32,000 nucleotides of DNA, from assembly GCF_037902255.1 (NCBI RefSeq), contig NZ_CP147990.1, forward strand, positions 600,001 to 632,000, given 5' to 3'. The position numbers and the translations under genes were made by a program. Origin of the DNA: Candidatus Electrothrix sp. GW3-4. Lineage in GTDB: Bacteria > Desulfobacterota > Desulfobulbia > Desulfobulbales > Desulfobulbaceae. The notes beneath the pieces were generated by a model. It did not search any database and was not told the origin of the DNA. It saw nothing but the letters and a program-made list of their open reading frames with translations. This document shows, piece by piece, positions 18,936 to 27,829 of this stretch (position 1 is the first letter of the stretch; the number at the start of each line of letters is the position of its first letter).

Positions 18936-20609
18936 ATGAATATGTCCCCGCTCAAGAATAACGGCGGGACGATGGAAACCGCCTACAGTTATGATCCTGT
19001 GGGCAATCGTTTGAGCTGGGAAACTAACGACGACCTGCAAACAAACACCCCCTTTGATGCATTTTACCGAACCTATGAGTACAACCAAGCCAACCAAATG
19101 TTGGCTATGGAAAATGTCGCTGAAAAGAAGAATGACGACTATGCATACGAGTACAGCTTTGACCAGAACGGCAATAGGATAAACAGGCAGTTAATAGACC
19201 GAAACGGTCCCCAGTACGGAGTTGATTACAGCTATGACCCGGAAAACCGCCTTGTCCTGGCTCAGGATTACCAGATAGTAGGAGGGGGCAAGAAGAAAGA
19301 AGAACCCCACAGGATTGACCGAGCTTTCACCACTCTGGAGTATGACGGCGGCGGTCGGCGACTGGTGCAGCATTACGACCCCAAGCAGGGAGGCAATGGG
19401 GTTGATAAGCGGGATGAGTATGTGTTTGACGGGCTTGATCCGGTGGCTGAATACAATATGCTCAATGGTCAGAGAACCGATTATTACCGTGGAGCTGGTG
19501 GACACCTTGCCCTGATGCACCAGTTCAAGGGCGGTACTCAAGGGCAGATGTACTGGTACCATTACAACAACAAGGGCGATGTTGCGGGGCTGACCAAGCA
19601 TAACGGGAATTCACACCATAATTATAGATATGATCCATACGGGGCGGTTTTGCCTGAGAACGGTAATTTCACTGATCCGCATAACCATTATACCCTTACC
19701 GGTAAGGAGTTTGATGAGAATACCGGGCTGGTTTGGTTTGGGTCTCGGCATTATGAGCCTGAGACTGGGGTTTGGATGGGGCAGGATGTGTATCGTGGTG
19801 GGCTGAATAGTCCTATGAGTTTGCATAGGTATGGGTATGTGGTTAATAATCCTTTAACCTACTATGATTATTATGGGTATTATTGGGGGGAGAGCGTAGT
19901 TAATGGGGTTGTGGATGGTACAAAATCTGTAGCTGGAGCTGTAGGAAGTGGTATTGCATCTGGATATAATTCTACTAAAAAAGGTGTAATCGCTACTGCA
20001 AAAGCTGTAGATAAGTATGTAGTAGACCCTACGGCTGATTTTATAGGTAACTATGTGATAGAACCGACTGTAGAATATTTAGATAGAGCAACATCTGAAG
20101 AAAATTTAGTAGAAATGCCTGGGGTTCAACAGGGAGTAGCCACTCTTTTTTATGTAAATGCCTTATATTCTAACGTAAAAGAAACTCCTACCGATTTGAT
20201 ATTTGATGCAAATGACAATATGTCGGTCAATATTGAATCAAGTAGTCAGTACAAAAAAATGATAGCCGCTGAGGTTTCTATTGCAGAGCAAAAAGGAAAA
20301 AAATGTATTGATAAAACGTATTATGAGGAAGAATCTATAAATCTTAGAGGAGCAAATTTTTTAAACCAATACGCTATAGGAGGAACGAATCGCACTACTA
20401 TTAAAGGTGAAAAAATGGATAGTGGAGAATGGTCTATTGAGACAACAATAATTGATAAATATGATTTTCAAAAGAAAAGTCGAGAAAAGGAAGGCCTTGC
20501 TAAGACATTCATTAATAATTTTTTTGGATATTATCCTCAAGAATTTGGAATACTTGAAACGTATACAAATGAGTTTAATATAAAAAGTACAGTTTCGGCA
20601 GAAAATTAG
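18936..20609 (+). CDS. Rhs C-terminal segment: YD repeats, RHS-repeat-associated core and a polymorphic toxin tip
   Basis: It is in the same frame as 13545-18782. YD-repeat sequence is already readable from 18783 (QTTQGGKVNSGFEYTYNDLGHI..YEYDGLHRL). The core motif is FTGKEFDENTGLVWFGSRHYEPETGVWMGQD..RYGYVVNNPLTYYDYYG. Confidence 0.85.
   Translation: MNMSPLKNNGGTMETAYSYDPVGNRLSWETNDDLQTNTPFDAFYRTYEYNQANQMLAMENVAEKKNDDYAYEYSFDQNGNRINRQLIDRNGPQYGVDYSYDPENRLVLAQDYQIVGGGKKKEEPHRIDRAFTTLEYDGGGRRLVQHYDPKQGGNGVDKRDEYVFDGLDPVAEYNMLNGQRTDYYRGAGGHLALMHQFKGGTQGQMYWYHYNNKGDVAGLTKHNGNSHHNYRYDPYGAVLPENGNFTDPHNHYTLTGKEFDENTGLVWFGSRHYEPETGVWMGQDVYRGGLNSPMSLHRYGYVVNNPLTYYDYYGYYWGESVVNGVVDGTKSVAGAVGSGIASGYNSTKKGVIATAKAVDKYVVDPTADFIGNYVIEPTVEYLDRATSEENLVEMPGVQQGVATLFYVNALYSNVKETPTDLIFDANDNMSVNIESSSQYKKMIAAEVSIAEQKGKKCIDKTYYEEESINLRGANFLNQYAIGGTNRTTIKGEKMDSGEWSIETTIIDKYDFQKKSREKEGLAKTFINNFFGYYPQEFGILETYTNEFNIKSTVSAEN
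19880..20606 (+). other. Variable C-terminal toxin domain of the Rhs protein (~240 aa, AT-rich, family not recognised)
   Basis: It begins right after the NNPLTYYDYYG motif (a variant of the Rhs PxxxxDPxGL cleavage motif). Composition switches abruptly to AT-rich DNA. Confidence 0.6.
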
Positions 20610-20612
20610 ATC

Positions 20613-20878
20613 AAATAGGTCAGGCTGAAAGCCGTGTAGGTCCGCTTGAGTGCAACGAAAGCAGACGGTTCTTTACTCGGATTGTCTGATTTCGTTGTAC
20701 TCAATCAATACCTACGTGCCTGCGCAATGACGATAATGCACGGGCCAGGGTGATTATTCGGAATTCGGTAGGGGCGGATCCCCGTGTCCGCCCTGTTCAC
20801 CCGCCATCCCGGTATGTTCCAACAGGGCAGGCACAGGGGCCTGCCCCTACGAAACCACGGTGTACCCAATAATTCACC
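20613..20878 (+). repeat. Composite repeat U1: AATAGG prefix, 80-nt hairpin H (20636-20715), RAYT 5' fragment-a (20716-20762), REPIN (20768-20850), RAYT leader
   Basis: It can be aligned base-for-base by eye with 27830-28165 (U4, only scattered differences). Shorter alignments exist with 24950-25163 (U3) and with 21885-21923 plus 23322-23397 (U2, split by an IS). Confidence 0.85.
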
Positions 20879-21058
20879 ATGTCATACAACCCCGACATCC
20901 ACCACCGCCGTTCCATCCGTTTGTGCAATTACGATTATTCGCAGGCCGGGGCCTATTTCGTCACCATCTGCGTGCAGCACCGGGAATGTCTGTTCGGGGA
21001 AATAACCAATCGGGCCATGCGGTTGAATGATGCGGGAAACATTGCGGCACAATGTTGA
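20879..21058 (+). pseudogene. RAYT (REP-associated tyrosine transposase) 5' fragment, 59 codons
   Basis: MSYNPDIHHRRSIRLCNYDYSQAGAYFVTICVQHRECLFGEITNRAMRLNDAGNIAAQC* is collinear with residues 1-59 of the intact RAYT at 23564. Homology then ends. Confidence 0.85.
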
Positions 21059-21141
21059 GGGATCAACAGGGTGGGTCTTTCTTTTAAGAAAAAAGGGGCG
21101 TTATAAAAGGATATGTAAAGCGATAAACAGAGCTTGGGAGA

Positions 21142-21489
21142 TTATAACTCCAATTCTTTCATAATATTTTTCAGTTCATCCGTGCTGATATCATTCTTTG
21201 AAGATTTTGCATAAATCGTATGCAGTATTATTTCATTATCTTCCGAGTCATCGTGTACGGAATAAATCAGCCTGAAACCGCCTCGTTTCCCCTTTTTCTG
21301 GTCAGAAGAGGCAACCCGTGTTTTGTAAAGGATATTATCACAACCAGAGATAGAATCTCCTATCAATTCACCTGATGCCAGCCTGTTTAATATCGGCAGC
21401 AAATCTTTTTTAATCTGACGGTATTTTTTTGAGAGCCTTTTGATATTTTTTCCAAAAATTTCTGTTGTTTTAACGGTATAACTTTTCAT
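21142..21489 (-). CDS. Type II toxin, RelE/ParE superfamily (Gp49/HigB-like)
   Basis: 115 aa. The sequence ..KKGKRGGFRLIYSVHDD..EIILHTIYAKSSKNDIS is typical of RelE-fold toxins (GG(F/Y)R.IY ... I.L..IY.K). It starts 6 nt after the upstream antitoxin ORF. Confidence 0.75.
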   Translation of the reverse strand: MKSYTVKTTEIFGKNIKRLSKKYRQIKKDLLPILNRLASGELIGDSISGCDNILYKTRVASSDQKKGKRGGFRLIYSVHDDSEDNEIILHTIYAKSSKNDISTDELKNIMKELEL

Positions 21490-21495
21490 TTCCGC

Positions 21496-21756
21496 CTACA
21501 GTTCAGCAAGGACATCACTGGCAAGGCGAAGCTCTTTGTTTCCCTTCCGATATTCAACCATTTCTTGAAGAGATTTTTTTAAATTTCCTTTTATATCAAC
21601 TGATTTTTCCTGCTCAGTTTCTGGAACTTCCAGCCTTTCTAAAACATACTTTTTCAGAGACATACCGGAAAGCAAAGCTTTTGCTTTAATAGCTTTATGC
21701 TGTTTTGCTGGTATTTCAATCACAAGCCTTTTCATTTCTGGCATAGCTAGCTCCAT
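21496..21756 (-). CDS. Ribbon-helix-helix antitoxin partner
   Basis: 86 aa. KRLVIEIPAKQHKAIKAKALLSGMSLKKYVLERL has an RHH-like strand-helix-helix pattern. Its position immediately upstream of the toxin supports the call. Confidence 0.65.
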   Translation of the reverse strand: MELAMPEMKRLVIEIPAKQHKAIKAKALLSGMSLKKYVLERLEVPETEQEKSVDIKGNLKKSLQEMVEYRKGNKELRLASDVLAEL

Positions 21757-21884
21757 TTTTTTTGGTTAATAATAGCTTATTTAACTATAATCAATGAGCT
21801 GGGTCTTGTCCATACCTGTTTTCCTTCCGATACATGCCGAGCAACAGCCCGGAGCTGACCGCAAACAAAAAATTAATAGGGTCA

Positions 21885-21923
21885 GCCCGGATTGTCTGAT
21901 TTCGCTGTACTCAATCAAGACCT
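21885..21923 (+). repeat. Right arm only of hairpin H (copy U2), ending at the IS110 insertion point
   Basis: gcccggattgtctgatttcgctgtactcaatcaagacct matches H3 25012-25047. The left arm is deleted. The repeat resumes at 23320. Confidence 0.8.
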
Positions 21924-21925
21924 TG

Positions 21926-21931
21926 TATTAT
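21926..21931 (+). promoter_or_regulatory. -10 box (TATTAT) at the IS left end, half of the predicted circle-junction promoter
   Basis: In the joined RE-CT-LE sequence TTGACG-gggataacagtatcttg-TATTAT the spacer is exactly 17 nt. In the integrated state, no TTGACA-like hexamer lies at that distance. Confidence 0.5.
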
Positions 21932-21936
21932 GAAAT

Positions 21937-23103
<1,167 letters not shown>

Positions 23104-23300
23104 TACGCATAAACTAAACATACAACATATTGTTTTTCCATAGTCAGCTCTTTTGTCCGAGCCCCGCCGGAGGCGTTCCTCCGCGTCGCCGTTTTCAGGT
23201 TCAGCGCAGGAACGAAAAGCTGTCAGGGCTGCGAGCCCGAGCGAGCACCCGAAGGGCTCGGCCTTGACGGCTTCGAGGCCCGTGCTACACGAAAAAAGCC

Positions 23301-23306
23301 TTGACG
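23301..23306 (+). promoter_or_regulatory. -35 box (TTGACG) at the IS right end, other half of the predicted circle-junction promoter
   Basis: See 21926-21931. 13 nt of right end, the CT core and 2 nt of left end give a 17-nt spacer. Confidence 0.5.
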
Positions 23307-23321
23307 GGGATAACAGTATCT

Positions 23322-23563
23322 ACATGCCTGCGCAATAACGATAATGCACGGGCCGGGGTGATTATTCCGGTAGGGACACGGCATGCCGTGCCCTTACAAC
23401 GCCCCCCCATACCACATCGCATCAACCATGAAATACAACCCCGACATCCATCATCGTCGTTCCATCCGCCTGCGCAATTACGACTATGCACAGGCCGTAG
23501 GGACACGGCATGCCGTGCCCTTACAACGCCCCTACCTATCCAACCCCGTTCATGCTATCAACC
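23322..23563 (+). repeat. Continuation of U2: RAYT fragment-a, REP (23370-23397), duplicated RAYT leader plus first 23 codons (23428-23496), REP (23497-23524), leader of the intact gene
   Basis: gtagggacacggcatgccgtgcccttac occurs twice. MKYNPDIHHRRSIRLRNYDYAQA duplicates the start of the intact gene and is cut by the second REP right after caggcc. Confidence 0.85.
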
Positions 23564-24196
23564 ATGAAATACAACCCGGATATCCAGCACCGTCGTTCCA
23601 TCCGCCTGCGCGGTTACGATTATTCACAGGCCGGGGCCTATTTCGTCACGATCTGCGTGCATCATCGGGAATGTCTGTTCGGGGAAATCACCAACCGGAT
23701 CATGCGATTGAATGATGCGGGAAAAATCGCGGCACAATGCTGGCAGGATATCCCGGTGCATTTTTCCCATGCCGCCTTGGATGAATGGACGGTTATGCCC
23801 AATCATGTCCATGGAATTATCGTGATGGCCGATACCGCCGGTCGGCACACGGCATGTAGGGGCACGGCATGCCGTGCCCCTACACATCGTGCCCCGACGA
23901 AAGAACAATTCGGCAAACCGGTTTCCGGTTCCTTTCCCACCGTTGCCCGATCATTCAAATCTGCCGTCACCAAATACATCAACATTCTGCGCAACACGCC
24001 CGGTAACAAATTATGGCAACCCAATTACTGGGAACACATCATCCGCAACGAAACCGAATTGCACCGCATCCGCGAATACATCCATAATAACCCGGCCCGT
24101 TGGCGGGAAGACGCCCTGCATCCCGATCAGCCGCCGTTCCCCGGTGAAACCCGTGAACCCTCCCCGCCCTACGGCCATGAGGCGTGGATGTTGTAG
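23564..24196 (+). CDS. REP-associated tyrosine transposase (RAYT; IS200-like Y1/HUH transposase)
   Basis: MKYNPDIQHRRSIRLRGYDYSQAGAYFVTIC..., the HUH motif MPNHVHGIIV, and the catalytic-Tyr region LWQPNYWEHIIRNE..L.RIREYIHNNPARW. The start is set at 23564, because the track's 23510 start is just translation of the REP. Confidence 0.9.
   Translation: MKYNPDIQHRRSIRLRGYDYSQAGAYFVTICVHHRECLFGEITNRIMRLNDAGKIAAQCWQDIPVHFSHAALDEWTVMPNHVHGIIVMADTAGRHTACRGTACRAPTHRAPTKEQFGKPVSGSFPTVARSFKSAVTKYINILRNTPGNKLWQPNYWEHIIRNETELHRIREYIHNNPARWREDALHPDQPPFPGETREPSPPYGHEAWML
23856..23883. repeat. 28-bp perfect REP palindrome inside the RAYT coding sequence
   Basis: GTAGGGGCACGGCATGCCGTGCCCCTAC is read in frame as ..CRGTACRAPT... 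It lies between the HUH motif and the catalytic Tyr. Confidence 0.9.
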
Positions 24197-24290
24197 GGAC
24201 ACGGCATGCCGTGTCCCTACCGGATTACCCATTGCCGTTCCATCCATCTGCACAATTATGGTTATTCACAGGCCGGGGACTGTTCACTGT
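24193..24290 (+). repeat. REP (24193-24220) overlapping the RAYT stop codon, then another RAYT 5' fragment
   Basis: In gtagggacacggcatgccgtgtccctac, the TAG stop at 24194-24196 is part of the GTAG. After it, ..ccgttccatccatctgcacaattatggttattcacaggccgggg is homologous to RAYT codons ~10-25. Confidence 0.8.
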
Positions 24291-24301
24291 TGATTCTTAT
24301 G

Positions 24302-24349
24302 TTGACAGAAATTTTAAAAAGTATACAATATATACGACGTATACTTTTT
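24302..24349 (+). promoter_or_regulatory. Predicted sigma70 promoter and operator of the RHH/ParE operon
   Basis: TTGACA (24302-07), 16 nt, TACAAT (24324-29). The 11-bp inverted repeat aaaaagtatac/gtatacttttt (24316-26 / 24339-49) overlaps the -10 box. Confidence 0.45.
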
Positions 24350-24370
24350 AATTTTATGGAGCTAACTACT

Positions 24371-24652
24371 ATGGCTACTGTTCCGTTTTCTCTAAGGATT
24401 GATCCAAGCACCAAGGCACTGCTTGAACAGGAAGCGAAAAGAGGTGACCGAACACCTTCCTACCTTGCCAACAAAGCAATCAAGAATTTCCTGCAGGCTA
24501 GAACAGCGAAAAGAAAGGCTATTAACGAGGCAATCAAGAAGGCTGATAAGGGAGCATTCGTTTCTGAAGAGGCGGTCGATGCTTGGGTTGATTCATGGGG
24601 AACTGAAAATGAACTTCCTGTACCTGAACCGGATATATTCCCTGATACCTAA
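24371..24652 (+). CDS. CopG/ParD-like ribbon-helix-helix antitoxin
   Basis: MATVPFSLRIDPSTKALLEQEAKRGDRTPSYLANKAIKNFL is a classic RHH N-terminus. A GGAG lies 9 nt upstream. The upstream part of the track ORF is REP/RAYT-fragment translation. Confidence 0.8.
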   Translation: MATVPFSLRIDPSTKALLEQEAKRGDRTPSYLANKAIKNFLQARTAKRKAINEAIKKADKGAFVSEEAVDAWVDSWGTENELPVPEPDIFPDT

Positions 24653-24658
24653 TAAATT

Positions 24659-24943
24659 ATGCAGGTAAAATTTTTAGCAAGCTCGTTAAATGATTTAAAA
24701 TGGTTCAGGTATTACTATGAGAGTGTTTTTCCTCAAGGACTGGAAAAAGCGCAAAAACAATTTCATAGCACAAAAGGTTTAATAAAAGAGAGTCCATACA
24801 TCGGGCACGTTATCCAAGATAATAATATCTTGGAGTTTTCTATACCAAACATACCGTTTTCTTTTATCTACCGAATTAAAGGCGAAGTAATTGAAATTTT
24901 AAGGGTGTGGGACGAAAGGCAGGATAGAGCAAGGTTGAGTTGA
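24659..24943 (+). CDS. parE: ParE/RelE family toxin
   Basis: 94 aa. ..L..YY......GLEKA.K.........L.E.PYIG......N.LEFSI...PFSFIYRIKGEVIEILRVWDERQD is the ParE C-terminal signature. Confidence 0.8.
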   Translation: MQVKFLASSLNDLKWFRYYYESVFPQGLEKAQKQFHSTKGLIKESPYIGHVIQDNNILEFSIPNIPFSFIYRIKGEVIEILRVWDERQDRARLS

Positions 24944-24949
24944 GAGGGA

Positions 24950-25163
24950 AAATAGCAAATCAATAGCCGTGTAGGTCCGCTAGAGTGCAACAAAAGCAGG
25001 CGGTTCTTTGCCCGGATTGTCTGATTTCGTTGTACTCAATCAAGACCTACATGCCTGCGTAATGACGATAATGCACGGGCCGGGGTGATTATTCGGTAGG
25101 GGCACGGCGCGCCGTGCCCCTACAACCCGGACATCGTAGGGGCGGTTCGCGAACCGCCCTTAC
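24950..25163 (+). repeat. Composite repeat U3: hairpin H (24971-25050), RAYT fragment-a, REP (25096-25123), 12-nt RAYT remnant aacccggacatc, REP variant (25136-25163)
   Basis: Direct alignment with U1 and U4. The REPs are gtaggggcacggcgcgccgtgcccctac and gtaggggcggttcgcgaaccgcccttac. Confidence 0.85.
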
Positions 25164-25225
25164 ACCACCCCCTTTTCTTATTTGCTCCCTCCAGTCACCA
25201 TCCACATACAGAGCTGGTACGTTAC

Positions 25226-25254
25226 TTGACAAATGTAACCTGCGGGGTTACGAT
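25226..25254 (+). promoter_or_regulatory. Possible higBA promoter with palindromic operator
   Basis: TTGACA (25226-31), 17 nt, TACGAT. The palindrome gtaacc-tgcgg-ggttac (25235-25251) lies in the spacer. The ATG at 25262 would make the mRNA nearly leaderless. Confidence 0.3.
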
Positions 25255-25516
25255 ATATCGCATGATCAAGTCATTCAAACATAAGGGACTGGAAAAATTT
25301 TTCTATTCTGGAAAGAAGAAAGGAATTCGCCCGGAACAAGCAATCTCAAGATTGCCAGGATTCTAGATCGATTAAACGCTGCTGAAAATATTAAAGATAT
25401 GAATTATCCCGGTTCATTTCTTCATCAGTTGAGCGGTACGTTGAAAGGGCAATACTCGGTTCGTGTTTCAGGGAATTGGCGTATATTTTTTGAATTTAGA
25501 GATGGTGACGCATATA

Positions 25517-27448
25517 TCTCCCCATTCGCTCATTTGAAATAGAGTATTTTTAATTTTCAAGACCATAATAAACAAATGTATCCAACTCTAGCCTTTGTAT
25601 TATTTCTATTTGTAAATTCGACAATGGTTTTAGTGAGCGAACAACAACATTCCTTGCTTGATCAAAAATAATGGTGAGATTAATTCTTGAAAAAGCCTTC
25701 AGAATCCTCTCTGCGGACGGTTTATCAGTAATTTTTTTTCGGTTCTCAGGATGCATACCAGACAGCCCGGTTTTTTCTTCCTTCAATGAACGCCGAACAA
25801 CAAACTCTATCAACGTCATAACCCTGACACACAAGGTCAACAAGTAGGTCATACCTTGAATTTGATCGTCTTTTCGAACAAATAACGGAGCGATATTGAG
25901 TCGACTTTTTAGTCTTCCGAAAATGCATTCAACCCGATATTCATTTCGGTATGACAGTACAGCATCGTGCAATGACAGTTTATCCGCAGCGAGCTCAGTC
26001 ACAAATGCTTTCCAGCCAAACCGAGTGCTTTGCTCTGCAATGGCCTCTTGGTTCTTTTCAATAGAGGTGATTTGATAACGGACTGTTTCGACAGTGACTT
26101 TTTCTCTATTGGCTGCCCCCTGCCTCTGCCAACATATTTTGTTTTCTGCTCGATCTGTTTTTCGTATTGAATGTTCAGTAACCCATCAACCCTTTGAGCT
26201 TCTGTTATTTTAGTGACAGCCGCAAGCAGTTCTGCTTCATCGCTTATCTGACGCCTGCCTCGCCCTCGCGGAGGAGTCAATGCTTCAATTTTTTCTTGGG
26301 CTTTTACCAGTCGAGCCTCAAGTCCCGCAGTTTGTTGCCTGGCATGGGCAGGGGAATGGACAACCAAAACACGTTCATCCCATTCCATTTTTTCGACGTC
26401 TTTTTCAAAAACCTGAGTACGATTAAACTCATAGCCTTTAGCTGCAAAAATCAATTCGCCCTTATAATTTTCTCTGAAAACAGAGACCAAATCATCTTCT
26501 TGATCTTTGGCAATACCTGTATTAATCCAATCAGTTATTTCATGAGAAGTTTTACCGGTCAACGGCAAGGGGCACAAATAGTGCTGCCTGGAAGAGACCA
26601 AGTAAGCCCGAGTCTCCAATGCACTCATTTTGCAATCACCTGAGAACAATAATCCGGATTTTTCAAGGCTCTCATTGACCCGGGCTATCAAGGGAATATA
26701 GAGACCGTCGTCTGCCTTTTCACCGGAAACAACATCAGAAGCCAATGGCATTCCCAGAGGATCCAGAGCAGCACTCATCAATTTTATTTGTGGTAACTTG
26801 GCATTGTCTTTGCTGTGACCGAATTGTACCAATCCATCTTCCGTGATTTCTTGATCTGCAGAAACTGTAGTTGCATCACATCGGATTGTTTCCGGCTCCA
26901 GATTATATACCTCTATCGTCTGTTGATTGAGATCCGCTTCTATCTTTGACCAGCATGTGTTATTGCTTAAATGTCTGAGAAGATGGGCCAAACGGTCATC
27001 ACTGAAATCTAGTGGCACTACCGGCTGATCCGCCAAAAAGCTCAATGTGTGTTGCATTTCCTGGACATACTCACTCATCGAGACTTTGCGATGATCCCCT
27101 TCAGTTATGATATGGGCCATCCATATGACGGTGGTCCATCCCCAGCTGAGTTGTCTCTGATTTCCATGTTGAGGAATATGCCTGTCGATGATTTCCCGAA
27201 GGCCCATCCTGATCATTTGTGCTATAAGCAGAGGGATATCATCCACTCGCTCTGTGATGATTTGAAGTTTGTCTTTGTCGAAAACGCCTTGCTCTTCTGA
27301 TGTCAAATTCGCTATCATTTCAGTGTCATTTATGATTATAGAAAAAGGAGTTTCAACTCAATCTCATACCAAAATAGGGTCTGTTTGAAATTTTACAAGC
27401 CCGATTCAGAATTAATTTTTCCAAATTTAAAATGAGCGAATGGGGAGA
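25517..27448 (-). mobile_element. IS4-superfamily (IS1634-like) insertion sequence, 1932 bp, 19-bp perfect terminal inverted repeats
   Basis: IR tctccccattcgctcattt at 25517-25535, and its reverse complement at 27430-27448. Flanking TATA on both sides is an apparent 4-bp duplication, ambiguous because the site is palindromic. Confidence 0.85.
25550..27318 (-). pseudogene. IS1634/IS4-family DDE transposase split into 439-aa and 150-aa ORFs by a frameshift
   Basis: DUF4277-like N-terminus (VDDIPLLIAQMIRMGL..IID), GHSKDNAKLPQIK.. and a C-terminal YRNEYRVECIFGRLKS block. Shifting the frame at the C5 run 26116-26120 restores ..GRGRG-AANREKVTVETVRYQITSIEKNQEAIAEQSTRFGWKAFVTELAADKLS. Confidence 0.8.
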
Positions 27449-27489
27449 TATATCGTCAATTATGCCGATTATCATTGAGAGGTAATGTC

Positions 27490-27804
27490 ATGGATAAAGT
27501 AAAAAGAAAACCAACCCATCCGGGTACTATTTTAAAGGAAGATTATCTTGTTCCTTTAAAGATCAGTGTTACGGAAATGGCCGAGAAATTGGGAGTTTCC
27601 CGTAAGACACTTTCCAGGATATTAAATGAAAAGAGTTCAATCACCCCTGATATGGCCCTGCGATTGGCATGGGCATTTGATACCACACCGAAGTTATGGC
27701 TCAATCTTCAGCAAAATATTGACCTGTGGAATGCGGAACATGCATCGACAGGTTGGAAACGCGTCAGGCAGCTTCCTTTTCAAGTTCTTCATCCTGCCTT
27801 ATGA
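27490..27804 (+). CDS. higA: HigA family antitoxin (XRE-type HTH)
   Basis: THPGTILKEDYLVPLKISVTEMAEKLGVSRKTLSRILNEKSSITPDMALRLAWAFDTTPKLWLNLQQNIDLW is the canonical HigA sequence. Confidence 0.9.
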   Translation: MDKVKRKPTHPGTILKEDYLVPLKISVTEMAEKLGVSRKTLSRILNEKSSITPDMALRLAWAFDTTPKLWLNLQQNIDLWNAEHASTGWKRVRQLPFQVLHPAL

Positions 27805-27829
27805 CATTGAACCCGCAGCTGTGGAAATA

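Larger units (their letters stand above)
25262..27478 (+). pseudogene. higB: higB (RelE-fold plasmid-maintenance-killer toxin), inactivated by a frameshift and by an IS insertion
   Basis: MIKSFKHKGLEKFFYSGKKKGIRPEQA, then a 1-nt frameshift near 25340. The sequence continues as IARILDRLNAAENIKDMNYPGSFLHQLSGTLKGQYSVRVSGNWRIFFEFRDGDAYI up to 25516. The last codons VNYADYH* resume at 27455-27478, after the IS. Confidence 0.85.

Noticed and set aside
23153-23338. 61-aa ORF in the right end of the IS110 element
   Set aside because: It is Arg/Ser/Pro-rich translation of GC-rich hairpin-forming DNA, and it runs across the IS boundary into the flanking repeat. It is more likely structured non-coding sequence.
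23370-25163. Regularly recurring 28-bp palindromes, considered as a possible CRISPR array
   Set aside because: Spacing is irregular. The putative spacers are homologous to each other (RAYT 5' fragments) or are coding sequence. The repeats are perfect palindromes with GTAG/CTAC ends, as in REP elements. No cas genes are present.
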